Source: a virus. From it: a stretch of DNA of 64,000 nucleotides. The notes under the pieces were generated by a model. That model was not told where the DNA came from and made no database searches. It was given only the letters and a program-made list of their open reading frames with translations. Both the position numbers and the translations under genes were made by a program. Where the stretch lies: the IMG/VR virus record IMGVR_UViG_3300047496_000262, positions 1 through 64,000 of that record, one strand, 5' to 3'. Shown in pieces: positions 8,820 through 18,087 of the stretch (positions within the stretch are counted from its first letter, which is position 1; every line of letters begins with the position of its first letter).

Positions 8820-8995
8820 GCGGTCAGGGCGTCGAGGGCGGTGATGGCTTGCCGACGGGCTGCGTCAGTTTGGCGCTTTTCAGCGCGAGCGCGCTTCACG
8901 TCGTCGGCTAGGTATTCGGGCGATCCGACGACTGGACCCATCAATTCCTTCATCGCTCTCGCCACCATTTCCACGGTCGCCGGATCATGGGTCAT
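8795..8995 (-). CDS. Hypothetical protein
   Basis: Coupled ORF MTHDPATVEMVARAM. Confidence 0.6.
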   Translation of the reverse strand: MTHDPATVEMVARAMKELMGPVVGSPEYLADDVKRARAEKRQTDAARRQAITALDALTAAGWTPPA

Positions 8996-9180
8996 GCTCG
9001 TTCTTTCCAACTAGCGCAGTAATCGTCGCTGACGGTCCAAGGGCGCATGTTGGTATATACTACACCGCCATACGGCGACGGTTCTTGAAACACTTGTGGC
9101 GGTCGTGCATAGCATTGACCACCCGATTTCTTGTCGGTCGAAATCCAATAACTGCACTCGGCGCATATTCGCAGAGACAT
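8992..9180 (-). CDS. Small Cys-rich protein
   Basis: CAECSYW...GQCYARPP...DDYCASW pattern. Confidence 0.7.
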   Translation of the reverse strand: MSLRICAECSYWISTDKKSGGQCYARPPQVFQEPSPYGGVVYTNMRPWTVSDDYCASWKERA

Positions 9181-9374
9181 TATTGCGCCCTCACTAGCCA
9201 GTTGTGGCTTCGGCCCATCTTGCTGACCGGCTCAGGATAGTCGCCGTTCCAATCGCCGCATCCGTCGCCCGAACAGTCCGGGCACTCCCCGATGTCGGTT
9301 TCCAAATCGGGGTCATCGTCCTGCGGGTCGTGTCGCATCAGCCGGCCGGACAGGCAGTAGAGGTCACCTTTCAC
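9180..9374 (-). CDS. Small acidic Cys protein, copy 2 (VKGDLYCLSGRLMRHDPQDDDP)
   Basis: Paralogue of 7881-8075. Confidence 0.75.
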   Translation of the reverse strand: MKGDLYCLSGRLMRHDPQDDDPDLETDIGECPDCSGDGCGDWNGDYPEPVSKMGRSHNWLVRAQ

Positions 9375-9622
9375 GATCCCTCGCCCAATAGCTCCGCGCC
9401 AGTTCCGCACGGTAACTCCTCTCGCTTGCCCGTTCCTCGGCAGTGCGGGCATGGTTCATCAGGATGCCGTGTATCTATCCGCCAGTCGCAGCCGGTGCCA
9501 TCGCAGTCTGGGCACCGCGCAATCTCGCTTTCGACGAAAGTGGTTAGACTATTCAAAAACCAAGGCACGGCCACAAAGCCTCCATTGCCCAGCCAAGCCT
9601 CGCACCGGTCCCGCAAGCTCAT
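9371..9622 (-). CDS. CxxCxGxG zinc-finger protein, copy 2
   Basis: MSLRDRCEAWL...NSLTTFVESEIARCPDCDGTG...CPHCRGTG. Confidence 0.7.
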   Translation of the reverse strand: MSLRDRCEAWLGNGGFVAVPWFLNSLTTFVESEIARCPDCDGTGCDWRIDTRHPDEPCPHCRGTGKREELPCGTGAELLGEGS

Positions 9623-9811
9623 TTCTCGACCTCCGCCTTCATCCCGGCCATCGTGTTGACGGCGATGACGATCAGGCCGGATAGCGCGTGGCGATCGCGC
9701 GAGCGGCCTCGCGGAGCAGCACAGCGGCTTGATGGGCATCGGCGGCGCTGATCGGCGCCAGACGACAGTCGATCTTGTAAGCCCATTGCAGCAGGGTCTC
9801 GGGGGTTACGG

Positions 9812-9994
9812 TCATGTCTCGTCTCCGTCCCATCCGCACTGCTTGGCGAATTTGAACAGTGCCAGCAGCGTGGGTCCTTCCAAATATATCGTGTGCCGCT
9901 GGCCGTCCCGGTCGGCATGGATCGCGATGTCCCAGCCGCGGAACTCGGCATAGACGCCATCGCCCAGGTATTGCCGTATCGTATCATCGGGCAT
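9812..9994 (-). CDS. Hypothetical phage protein (YLGDGVY family)
   Basis: YLGDGVYAEF...IYLEG motif. Confidence 0.75.
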   Translation of the reverse strand: MPDDTIRQYLGDGVYAEFRGWDIAIHADRDGQRHTIYLEGPTLLALFKFAKQCGWDGDET

Positions 9995-10505
9995 TGTCGT
10001 GTCCTTTCAGAAGGTCGTTGACCTCCGCGACGAACTTGCATGTGCAGGTATCGTCCGCGGGGCAGTCCGGGGTTTCGTGGATGCCGCCATGGTGTTCCGC
10101 ATACCGCGCCAGCGCCGCCGTCAGCCGCTCCGCGCGCCTTGTCGACCCGAACTCGGTCAGGTCGAACTCGTTGCTGATCGTCATCCCGCCGGCCAAGTAA
10201 AGCGGCACGTAAGCCTCTGGCCCGAAGCCCAGCCGGTCATAGATCAGATAGCGGAACGTGCCGCCCTGTTCCGCGTGATCGACGATCTTGCCGAACACCC
10301 AGGCGGTCACCGCCAGCTTGGTTTCGTCGGGGCAAGCAGCCACCAGCGCCGGGTATTCGGCGGCAATATAGGCTGTGCGGGTGTTGATCGCATCGGCCAT
10401 CTGTTGCATCAGTTCCGGCCCGACCGGGAGAGCACCCTGGCCCGTCGTGGCGGCGTCCAGCAGGGCCTTGTCGGTCGAGTGGATCAGAGGTTCCGGCTCA
10501 GTCAT
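9984..10505 (-). CDS. Hypothetical phage protein
   Basis: GTFRYLIYDRLGFGPEAY...GGMTISN motif. Confidence 0.7.
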   Translation of the reverse strand: MTEPEPLIHSTDKALLDAATTGQGALPVGPELMQQMADAINTRTAYIAAEYPALVAACPDETKLAVTAWVFGKIVDHAEQGGTFRYLIYDRLGFGPEAYVPLYLAGGMTISNEFDLTEFGSTRRAERLTAALARYAEHHGGIHETPDCPADDTCTCKFVAEVNDLLKGHDNAR

Positions 10506-10723
10506 ATTTCTGTCCACCGCACATGAGCGCCGGCCAAACCGCAATATCCTTCATCCGGACTGTAGAGGCGCCACATCATGCAGTCGGACGCGAGGCACGG
10601 GGTCATGGCGGCCTGCCCGTCATCCAGCCACCGGTTTGCGCTCGTCGGGGTTGGCTCGTAGTGAATAAACTGACGCCCCATCGGGCAGTGCTTCGTGCGG
10701 GCGATTTCGGCTTCGTCGGTCAT
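10502..10723 (-). CDS. Small Cys-rich protein
   Basis: KHCPM...CLASDCMMWR...GYCGLAG. Confidence 0.75.
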   Translation of the reverse strand: MTDEAEIARTKHCPMGRQFIHYEPTPTSANRWLDDGQAAMTPCLASDCMMWRLYSPDEGYCGLAGAHVRWTEI

Positions 10724-11325
10724 GACGGATCTTTCGCAAAACTGGCGATCACTGCATCCAAGCGGCGCAACGCATAACTGAGCCGGTCCATATCAAACCC
10801 GTGATTCCATTCGCTTACGGCATTCCGCGCAGCGTCGAGCAACCGGGCCATCGGGTGCTTATCACATCGGGCGATATGGGCCTTGAGCATGTCCGCCATG
10901 GCGACCGGCGTGCCGGGATCCGGGCCGTAGCGGTGCCCGCAATAGACGCAGTTCACGGTCATGCCGGCTTGCAGATCGTCCACCCACTTGCTCAATTGCG
11001 AGATCTGCTTTCGCTGTTCCACGTCGGCACCTTCGGCCAGATAGATCCGATGCGAATAATCGCGCTCGTCATCGACGATCAGCATGGCGTAATCCGGAAA
11101 CTCGAAGACATGCGCGATGAACGCTTTGACGATGGCATCCGAATCGGTGTGGTTATAGGTGCCGCCGAACACCATTCGCGGGCTTTGCTTTTGGCGATTC
11201 ATGAACTGATCAACCCGCGCCATGATCGTGGCACCGCGCTGGGTGATGATCGCGTTGATGCGATGCAGGATTGATAGATCCTCGCCCTCACGGAGATGCA
11301 GGATGATGCTGGTGACGACTGACAT
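10720..11325 (-). CDS. Hypothetical protein with Zn ribbon
   Basis: VNCVYCGHRY...LKAHIARCDKHPM. Confidence 0.7.
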   Translation of the reverse strand: MSVVTSIILHLREGEDLSILHRINAIITQRGATIMARVDQFMNRQKQSPRMVFGGTYNHTDSDAIVKAFIAHVFEFPDYAMLIVDDERDYSHRIYLAEGADVEQRKQISQLSKWVDDLQAGMTVNCVYCGHRYGPDPGTPVAMADMLKAHIARCDKHPMARLLDAARNAVSEWNHGFDMDRLSYALRRLDAVIASFAKDPS

Positions 11326-11336
11326 TGTGGGCCTCC

Positions 11337-11702
11337 CTAGAACCAGACGCGGCGGTGGAACAGCACGGCTGGCCCGTAGATCTCTGCCAAGGTGTCGGGC
11401 GGTGTGCCGGGATACGCCCGCAGCCAGTTGGCGCGGTAGATCCGCGTGGCGTCGTCATTGACGGGCAGGCGCTTCAAGGTGCCTTCCTCATCCACGAACA
11501 TATCAAGGTAATCGTCATCACGCGTCACCTTGGCCTTGGTTTCCGAGCCCGGCCGCAATACCGTGACGTGTTCCAGGCAAGCGCCGTCCAGAAACGGCGT
11601 GACCAGGGTTTTCAGCCGGTCGTAGCCGGGTTCTTCCGGCAGATCAGCCGAATGCGGTTCCGCCGGTTGGCCCGGCCGGTAGACAGTGAAATCGGTCTGC
11701 AT
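11337..11702 (-). CDS. Hypothetical phage protein (DUF3846-like)
   Basis: DMFVDEEG..K.LPVN..AT...IYGPAVLF. Confidence 0.75.
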   Translation of the reverse strand: MQTDFTVYRPGQPAEPHSADLPEEPGYDRLKTLVTPFLDGACLEHVTVLRPGSETKAKVTRDDDYLDMFVDEEGTLKRLPVNDDATRIYRANWLRAYPGTPPDTLAEIYGPAVLFHRRVWF

Positions 11703-12162
11703 GATCGTGGTCTTTCGGTTGGGTGTTGGGTTCGGTCGGGCCCCGCTGGGCGGACGGCCAGAAATCACCCAGGCTGCCGGGGCCTGGCTGAATGGGATGC
11801 TGGATTTCCTTGGATACCGGAATCGGATCGAACGACTTGTGGGTTCGGGACCGGGCCTCGCGCCGGATGCGGGTGGCATTGACACCGCACAGGCCATGCA
11901 CCGGCAGGCCGACAGTGGCGACCAGCGCTTCGCGCGAGGCCACGAACTCGTCCTCGGTCATGCTGCCCTTGAGCGCGTTGCATTGCCAGCAGGCGCCCAC
12001 GATGTTGTCGCGCCGATCAGGACCGCCGCGGCCCTTGGGCAATCGATGGTCGACGGTGACCGCCAGATTGCCCAGATCCATCACCATCTGGCGCCCACAA
12101 TAAAAGCAGGCGCCGGCTTGTTCGCGGAGCAGGGATCGGCGGAGTGCGGTGTTGTCGCCCAT
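11644..12162 (-). CDS. HNH endonuclease (C-terminal half of the ORF may be a non-functional extension)
   Basis: CFYCG...TVDHRLPKGRGG...NIVGACWQCNALKG. Confidence 0.85.
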   Translation of the reverse strand: MGDNTALRRSLLREQAGACFYCGRQMVMDLGNLAVTVDHRLPKGRGGPDRRDNIVGACWQCNALKGSMTEDEFVASREALVATVGLPVHGLCGVNATRIRREARSRTHKSFDPIPVSKEIQHPIQPGPGSLGDFWPSAQRGPTEPNTQPKDHDHADRFHCLPAGPTGGTAFG

Positions 12163-12270
12163 GGCTCATCCCCGGCGGCAAGGCCGCGTCGTGGCAGGGA
12201 AGGGTCTGGCGGCGGTCACTGGTCGCTCCTGGTGCGGTGTCGGGCGGCTGGGCCAGCGGGACAGGGCAAG

Positions 12271-12299
12271 ACACTAGCAGGCTTGTCGCGTTTACGCAA
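12271..12299 (-). promoter_or_regulatory. Sigma70-like promoter overlapped by the 14-bp operator
   Basis: TTGCGT-N17-TAGTGT on the minus strand; TCGCGTTTACGCAA at 12286-12299. Confidence 0.6.
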
Positions 12300-12325
12300 G
12301 TGTTGCGCGACCGGTTCGGGGGCGC

Positions 12326-12622
12326 TCAACGCCATTCCCCGGCGATGAACATCTGCATCTTGGAGTCGTGGAATCGGGACCAGTGCCGGCCGCACTGGCA
12401 TCGGGTGAGGATTACCGCCGGTTCGATGATCCAGTAGAAATGATCGGACCGCCACAGGCGCGATTCCGCGATCTCGGATTTGAACCGGGCAATCGGGTGG
12501 CCGTAATCGCAGGTGACCAATTGCAGCGCCTTGGCCCAGACCAAAGGCGGCGGGGCCGGCGTGCTGGTGACCGGTTGCAGCAGCGGGTGATCGCTGGCCT
12601 TGGCGGGCGGGCCGGCCGTCAT
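12326..12622 (-). CDS. Hypothetical protein
   Basis: ATGA-coupled to the acyltransferase stop. Confidence 0.55.
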   Translation of the reverse strand: MTAGPPAKASDHPLLQPVTSTPAPPPLVWAKALQLVTCDYGHPIARFKSEIAESRLWRSDHFYWIIEPAVILTRCQCGRHWSRFHDSKMQMFIAGEWR

Positions 12623-13797
12623 AATTGAGCGACCTCGGTAGAGTCCGAATAGATCTGCGCATAGATCGCCCGGCGCATCGGTTCCTCGAACCGCCGATAG
12701 CTGAAATCGGCCACCAGCCACACCATGCCGATGAAGGTCGCGAACGCCACCGGCCAGCCGACGCGCTGAGAGAGCGGCGCCAGCAGCCACAGGATGGGCG
12801 TGTGCAGCAGATAGGCTCCGAAGCTGACCCGGCCCAGCGCCGCCACGGGGGAGAGGATTTGCGGCAGATGATCGCCCGCGACCTGGGCATGGGCCATGAC
12901 CAGTGCCGTGCCGCCGGCCAGCATCTCGGGCGCTATGGCGCGGGTGACAAGCTGGTAGGGGCCGATGGCTTGGAGCACGAGGCCGGTGGCGAGCAGGATC
13001 CAGCCGGTGATGCCGACATGCGGTGCGGCGAACACGGCACGGGCATCCGGCACCGCCCAGGCGGCCATTGCCCCGATGGCGATCATCTCGAACCCAAAGG
13101 CCGAGTTGGCCTCGACCGCGACGATTGAGGCCCCGTTGCAGAGGAGCGCCAGTTTGATGCAGAACCCGCCCCCGGCGATGCAGGCCAGCACCGCGATCAG
13201 ATCGACCGGCCGTGGCAGCCCGCGCACCAGCCACGGATAGGCCAGATAGAATTGCTCCTCGACCGCCAGCGACCACAGCACGACAAAGGCAAGCCCGTAA
13301 TCGGCACCGGAGAAGATGCGGTACCAGTTGCACATGAAGAACGCGATGGAAGCCCCGAACCAGCCATCGCCAAAGGGGGCGTCACCCGCCGGCATCAGCG
13401 CCACCTGATAAAGGTGATCATGCTGGACGGTGAGGGAGATGGCGCCCAGGACGGCCACCAGCATGGCAAAGAGCGGCCAGATCCGGGAAAAGCGCCGCGC
13501 ATAGAAGGCGTGGATGCCTCTACGGGCCGGATCCCACAGGCTGCGGGTGATGACATAGCCCGAGATGGCAAAGAAGATGGTGACGCCCTCGACCCCCAGG
13601 ATCATCAGCCGATTCCAGTGCGGGCTGTCGGCCAGATCGGCGATCGGCACCGCGATGTCGGTGCAGAAGAAATGGGTGACCAGCACCAAGAGGACGGCAA
13701 GGCCGCGCAACACGTCGATGGCGAAGGAGCGGTCAGGGTTCACGGTTGCTTCTCCGATGGCGTGTAACTCGCGTGTGGTTATTTTTATATTTATCAT
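12619..13797 (-). CDS. Acyltransferase-3 (OafA/YrhL-like) membrane O-acyltransferase
   Basis: IDVLRGLAVLLV..H, GVTIFFAISGYVI, FYARRFSRIWP, WSLAVEEQFY, SFGAYLLH, SYRRFEEP; multiple hydrophobic helices. Confidence 0.93.
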   Translation of the reverse strand: MINIKITTRELHAIGEATVNPDRSFAIDVLRGLAVLLVLVTHFFCTDIAVPIADLADSPHWNRLMILGVEGVTIFFAISGYVITRSLWDPARRGIHAFYARRFSRIWPLFAMLVAVLGAISLTVQHDHLYQVALMPAGDAPFGDGWFGASIAFFMCNWYRIFSGADYGLAFVVLWSLAVEEQFYLAYPWLVRGLPRPVDLIAVLACIAGGGFCIKLALLCNGASIVAVEANSAFGFEMIAIGAMAAWAVPDARAVFAAPHVGITGWILLATGLVLQAIGPYQLVTRAIAPEMLAGGTALVMAHAQVAGDHLPQILSPVAALGRVSFGAYLLHTPILWLLAPLSQRVGWPVAFATFIGMVWLVADFSYRRFEEPMRRAIYAQIYSDSTEVAQL

Positions 13798-14699
13798 CAC
13801 GCCGCCCCTGCGATCAGGCTGGCCTGCGGGTTCAGCCGGGCCGCCAGATCGTGCCACGCCCGAGGCTTTTCGTGGATGATGCGGCCTTCATAGGTCGCCC
13901 CGCCCTTTTCCTTCGGCGCCAGTTCGAGACCCAGGCGCGCGGCTTCTTGCAGAAGGAAGGCGGCGCTGCGCTGGGGGTGATTGACCTTTAATGCCCGCAC
14001 ATAGGGGTTGTTGGACGGGTGCCCGTATTGCTTGAAGTGCAGCGCCGCGCGGGCCAGGGTGGCGGCAGCATGGGCCTGGGCCAGCCAGTGGAACTCCATC
14101 GGCCGGGCGCCGGGGCCGCTTTCGCCGCCGGTCAGGATCCAATCGGCCCCGGTGAAATCAACCTCGTCGACCGGACCGATCAGCGGCTCGACCGAGACGA
14201 AGGCGCAGAAATCGCCCGCCTGATCCTTCAAGCGGCGCAGCAGGTTCATCCGGCCCGCCACCTGATTATCCTCAATGGAAACGCCCAGCCAGATCTGTTG
14301 CGGGATGCCACTGTTGCCGTAGCGATCGGCCATGATCCGCCGCATGCGGACCGGCCGCTTGGTCAGGATCTGAAAGATGATATCGGGGTGGGTCTCGAAC
14401 GCGTCCAGGCATTGATGGATGAAGGCGTCGGGAATGTCCTGATGCCAGAAATCGGACAGGCTGTTGACGAAGATCATCTTGGGCTCAAGCGTTCCGCTTT
14501 CCGTTCTTGTGGGGCGGAACTTGCGGATATCGGCCAAGCGATGCGGGAAGAACGCCATCTGGTCGAAATCGGCCCGCAGCCGGTTATTGACCAGATGTTC
14601 GGCGTAGCAATGGGCGCACCCATCGGAGATCTTGGAGCACCCGCGCGTCAGATTGAGCGTGCCGGTACACCAGGAAATATTCGATGCTAAAACGGTCAT
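13797..14699 (-). CDS. DUF5131 (phage Gp37/Gp68) three-Cys protein
   Basis: GCSKISDGCAHCYA, IFVNSLSD, FQILTKRP, FVSVEPLIG, WILTGGESG. Confidence 0.93.
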   Translation of the reverse strand: MTVLASNISWCTGTLNLTRGCSKISDGCAHCYAEHLVNNRLRADFDQMAFFPHRLADIRKFRPTRTESGTLEPKMIFVNSLSDFWHQDIPDAFIHQCLDAFETHPDIIFQILTKRPVRMRRIMADRYGNSGIPQQIWLGVSIEDNQVAGRMNLLRRLKDQAGDFCAFVSVEPLIGPVDEVDFTGADWILTGGESGPGARPMEFHWLAQAHAAATLARAALHFKQYGHPSNNPYVRALKVNHPQRSAAFLLQEAARLGLELAPKEKGGATYEGRIIHEKPRAWHDLAARLNPQASLIAGAA

Positions 14700-14745
14700 T
14701 TTCGGTTCCTTTCTTGCTTAGAAGGCGGCAACAGCCTGATCGGGG

Positions 14746-14774
14746 AGTATGCGCGTACGCGAATTTTGATGCAA
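14746..14774 (-). promoter_or_regulatory. Sigma70-like promoter with an operator variant
   Basis: TTGCAT-N17-CATACT on the minus strand; ATGCGCGTACGCGA at 14749-14762. Confidence 0.55.
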
Positions 14775-14779
14775 GGGAA

Positions 14780-15001
14780 TCATTCAGGCGGCGGTGTGCG
14801 GGCCGGCGGAATGCCGCGCGGATTCTTGATGCGTTCAATTTCGGCGCGGAGTCGGTCGACCTTGTGCTGGGCACAGATCCGGATGAGATCTATCCAAGCA
14901 CTACCGGCGGCTGCGAACTGATCGCCGTTATGAGCCAGCGTCCTGGCATGCACTATCGCCGTCTGAAAGCTAGCCGCAATCGTTTTGTCGTGCTGCGGCA
15001 T
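14780..15001 (-). CDS. Hypothetical protein
   Basis: MPQHDKTIAASF..., overlapping the end of the upstream gene. Confidence 0.5.
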   Translation of the reverse strand: MPQHDKTIAASFQTAIVHARTLAHNGDQFAAAGSAWIDLIRICAQHKVDRLRAEIERIKNPRGIPPARTPPPE

Positions 15002-16256
15002 ACTCCGCACTCCTTTCGGTGTGGCCCATTTCGGCGAACCGGCGCACCTGATCGGCCCGGCGACCCCATAGTCGGGTCCAAATCGCCTCCTCATAAAACG
15101 GTCTTGTCGCCCGGTAATAGGCGTCCTGGTCGGCCTTGCGCCGGTCCATAGAGGTGAAGCCGTCAGTACCGCGGTCGCGCCGCGCTGCATCATCCGTGCG
15201 GGGTTTGACGCGATCCTTGATCAGCGGATGCTGGGCACCGGCCGCCGTCACCCCATAGGGGTTGCCGGTTTCGATCAGCGCCCGGGCCTCGCCGGCCTGG
15301 GCATACACCGCGACCGCCGCCAGTTGGTCCAGCGTCGGCATGTCGCCGAAATAGACGCATAACTGGCAAAGCGGCGTGGTGTTTCCCAAAACGGTGATAT
15401 CCAGGGCGCCATGGCCCACGGTCGCGAGACTGTCGCGGCGCTTGATCTTAAACGCCAGATCGCCGTCGATGATGGTGACCGGATGCCCATGGCGGAACAG
15501 CTTGGTATCGGCCTCTCCGATCACTGCCACGGCAGCGTTATGGCTGCGCGTCAGCATCCGGCGGATCGGGCGGCCAAAGATGGGCGCATTGGCGAACCGG
15601 AGCGCCCGGCTGCCGATGCCCAGATCGGAGAGATCGGACAGGTCCAGTGTGAACGCCTGTTCGCGAATATACGCATAGCGGGCCTCTTGCTGCCGATGGT
15701 GCATATCCAGCACCAGATTGGCCTGCGTCGGGGATTTCGGCATCGGCAAGCCGGCATAATGAGCGCGGAGACCTTGCATGATGCCCAGCTCATCGCTGCG
15801 ACGCACGTAGCGGCGGATCGACGATGGCGCGTGCAGCCGGCGCCGGACCCTGGGCGACGGATCGGCCAGCGTGGTGTTCCACCTGACCCGCCGATACGGT
15901 TGCAGGCACCCGCCCAGAATGCTGTCGGTCAGGTTCCATGAGGCCAGCATCTCGCCGACATCGTTGACGATGTTCGGCTCGAACAACCATGCGCTGGCGA
16001 CGAAGGATTCCTGGATCGGCCGGGGCAGCGTTCGCAACACCGCATGGGCGTGTGCCGATAGCTCCAGCGCCATCTGCGCCATCCGCACGAGAAACGAGCG
16101 GCCCGGACGGTCCTGATCGTGGATCCGCATGATCGTGTCGATATCGCCGAACAGGGTCAGCACCGAGGCATCCAGCAGGGTTAGGTACCAATCGCAGCCG
16201 AGCCCGTCGATGGTGTATTGCACGTCCGGCGGCAGCGGGGCGGCGCGCGGTTGCAT
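14970..16256 (-). CDS. Hypothetical protein (428 aa)
   Basis: Long ORF with coding-like composition; LCVYFGDMPTLDQLAA motif. Confidence 0.75.
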   Translation of the reverse strand: MQPRAAPLPPDVQYTIDGLGCDWYLTLLDASVLTLFGDIDTIMRIHDQDRPGRSFLVRMAQMALELSAHAHAVLRTLPRPIQESFVASAWLFEPNIVNDVGEMLASWNLTDSILGGCLQPYRRVRWNTTLADPSPRVRRRLHAPSSIRRYVRRSDELGIMQGLRAHYAGLPMPKSPTQANLVLDMHHRQQEARYAYIREQAFTLDLSDLSDLGIGSRALRFANAPIFGRPIRRMLTRSHNAAVAVIGEADTKLFRHGHPVTIIDGDLAFKIKRRDSLATVGHGALDITVLGNTTPLCQLCVYFGDMPTLDQLAAVAVYAQAGEARALIETGNPYGVTAAGAQHPLIKDRVKPRTDDAARRDRGTDGFTSMDRRKADQDAYYRATRPFYEEAIWTRLWGRRADQVRRFAEMGHTERSAEYAAARQNDCG

Positions 16257-16257
16257 C

Positions 16258-16632
16258 TCAGCCGCCGGCCATCGGCTGTATCGCGATGCTTTGGCCGCTG
16301 GCGACCTCCCGGGCGGTCTTGGCCTTGCTCTTTACCGTCGGTCGCTTGGCCGGCTCAGGCGCGTTAATCGTGGTCACGCCAGCCATTTCGACCATATCGG
16401 CGAAATCCTTGTCATGGACCGCCAGTGCCCGCAGCCGGAACGCGTGTTCGGCCTTGTCCAATTCGGTTTTCAACGGCGGTGCCAGCCCGCCCATCCGCGG
16501 CTCGACTAAGAAGAACACGACGCCCTGGGCCATTTTCTTTTCGATGATCGCCAGCATCATGGCGTCCTGTTCCTCGGTCCAGACGATGGTCACATCGCCC
16601 AGGCGGTTCAGGTAGGTGGTGGAGCGGAGCAT
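16258..16632 (-). CDS. Hypothetical protein
   Basis: RBS GAAAGGGAAG upstream; GDVTIVW...IEKKMAQGVVFF. Confidence 0.8.
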   Translation of the reverse strand: MLRSTTYLNRLGDVTIVWTEEQDAMMLAIIEKKMAQGVVFFLVEPRMGGLAPPLKTELDKAEHAFRLRALAVHDKDFADMVEMAGVTTINAPEPAKRPTVKSKAKTAREVASGQSIAIQPMAGG

Positions 16633-16647
16633 GGGCTTCCCTTTCGT

Positions 16648-18087
16648 TTACGGGCGGACCGTGAGTTTCAGCGTTACGGTGTTGCAGTAGGTGCCGGAGG
16701 CGGCAAAGCTGGCGGGCGGCAGATCGTGGAAACGGCCCCCCATCTTTTCGACCAGCGCCCGGAACGCCACCGATTTCTTGGTCTGGCGGAACTCGGTTCC
16801 AGCCGACATGACCGAGACCAGGATGCCGCCCGGTTTCAGGAATTTGAGCGCGTGCAGGACGTGATCAATATCCCGTTCCAGATCGAAGGGCGGATTCATG
16901 ACCACCCGATCATACTGCCTGCCCGCGGTGGGTTCGACCGCAAGGAAATCGGCGAACTGCACATGCCGGTACAGCCCGGTTTCGTCCAGCAGCTTGGCCC
17001 GGCTGACCTCGAACTCGATGCAATCAACGAAGCAGCCGTTCTCCACCGCCAGCCGGGCCAGTGCCCCCTCTCCGGCGCTGGGTTCCAGCACGGTCAGCGG
17101 GGCCTCGGATTTGTCCGGCCATGCGCGATAGAGCGCCGCTTCTTCGATCACCACCTTGGCGACGGCCGGCGGCGACGGATAGAACCCGTAATTCTTGGCG
17201 ACCGCGCGCTTGGGGTTGTCGAAACCCGTCTCCGCGGTCGGGCTGCGCTCCTCGGGGATGGGTGTGTCGTAATACTCGCCCAGGATCTTGTTGACCTTTT
17301 CCAGCAGGTCGTCGCGCTTGAACCAGAGATGGGCGTTACCGTTCATATAGGTGTAGCAGCGGAAGTATTCGGTTTCGCTGACACCCTGGCGCCGCCCCCA
17401 GCCGGCGCCACGATCCAGATCAATCCGATGGATCAGGCTCATCGGCTGGCCTTTATCATCGTCCAGAACGCGCATGGCGCGCTCCACGTCGATGATCTGG
17501 TCGCAACCGCGATAGTTCCAGTGTCCGCTGTCGTTCAGCGCGTGGGAGATGATGATGCGCGAGCCGATCTTCCAACCGTCATGTGAGCGGAACCGCCGGT
17601 CCAGGCTGGAAAAGCAGGTAGCGATGCCGCGCCGGAAGATCATATCCGCATCGGCGGCGAAGGTCTGGAGCGTGGCGATCACGTTATCGACCGTGACCTC
17701 GGGCGGATCGGTGCCCAGTTGTGCCCGTAACTGGCGCTTGGCCGTGGTGTCCATCAGGCTTTCGAGGCCGGTGATTTCGATAATGTGCGCCCAGACATCG
17801 GTGTCGGTCAGGCGCTTGGCGGTCGCCAGATACTTGGCCCGGTCCGGCACGTCGATATGGGCGATGAAGTTTCTCCGTTCGGCCTCTTGCACCAGATTGT
17901 AGCTGTTGGTGGCCGATGGGTAAGCCATCTTGGCCGCCGCCCGCATGGCCTCGGCCGTCGCCGTCAAGGCGTCGTGCGCCCGCTCGAACAGGACCAGCGC
18001 CTGATTGCGGCGGCTGACCAGTTCCTCGATAGTCGGGCGCGGGACCAGGGCGCCATAGGTGGGGTTGCGGTCAGAACCGTCAGGCAT
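16648..18087 (-). CDS. DUF4942-domain class I SAM-dependent (N6-adenine-type) methyltransferase
   Basis: FYPSP, VLEPSAGEG, DRVVMNPPF, EYFRCYTYMNGNAHLWF. Confidence 0.88.
   Translation of the reverse strand: MPDGSDRNPTYGALVPRPTIEELVSRRNQALVLFERAHDALTATAEAMRAAAKMAYPSATNSYNLVQEAERRNFIAHIDVPDRAKYLATAKRLTDTDVWAHIIEITGLESLMDTTAKRQLRAQLGTDPPEVTVDNVIATLQTFAADADMIFRRGIATCFSSLDRRFRSHDGWKIGSRIIISHALNDSGHWNYRGCDQIIDVERAMRVLDDDKGQPMSLIHRIDLDRGAGWGRRQGVSETEYFRCYTYMNGNAHLWFKRDDLLEKVNKILGEYYDTPIPEERSPTAETGFDNPKRAVAKNYGFYPSPPAVAKVVIEEAALYRAWPDKSEAPLTVLEPSAGEGALARLAVENGCFVDCIEFEVSRAKLLDETGLYRHVQFADFLAVEPTAGRQYDRVVMNPPFDLERDIDHVLHALKFLKPGGILVSVMSAGTEFRQTKKSVAFRALVEKMGGRFHDLPPASFAASGTYCNTVTLKLTVRP

Noticed and set aside
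11715-11745. Short GGGTT-CGGTC-GGGCC run resembling the pentamer pattern
   Set aside because: Only three to four units and no junction motif; compatible with chance.
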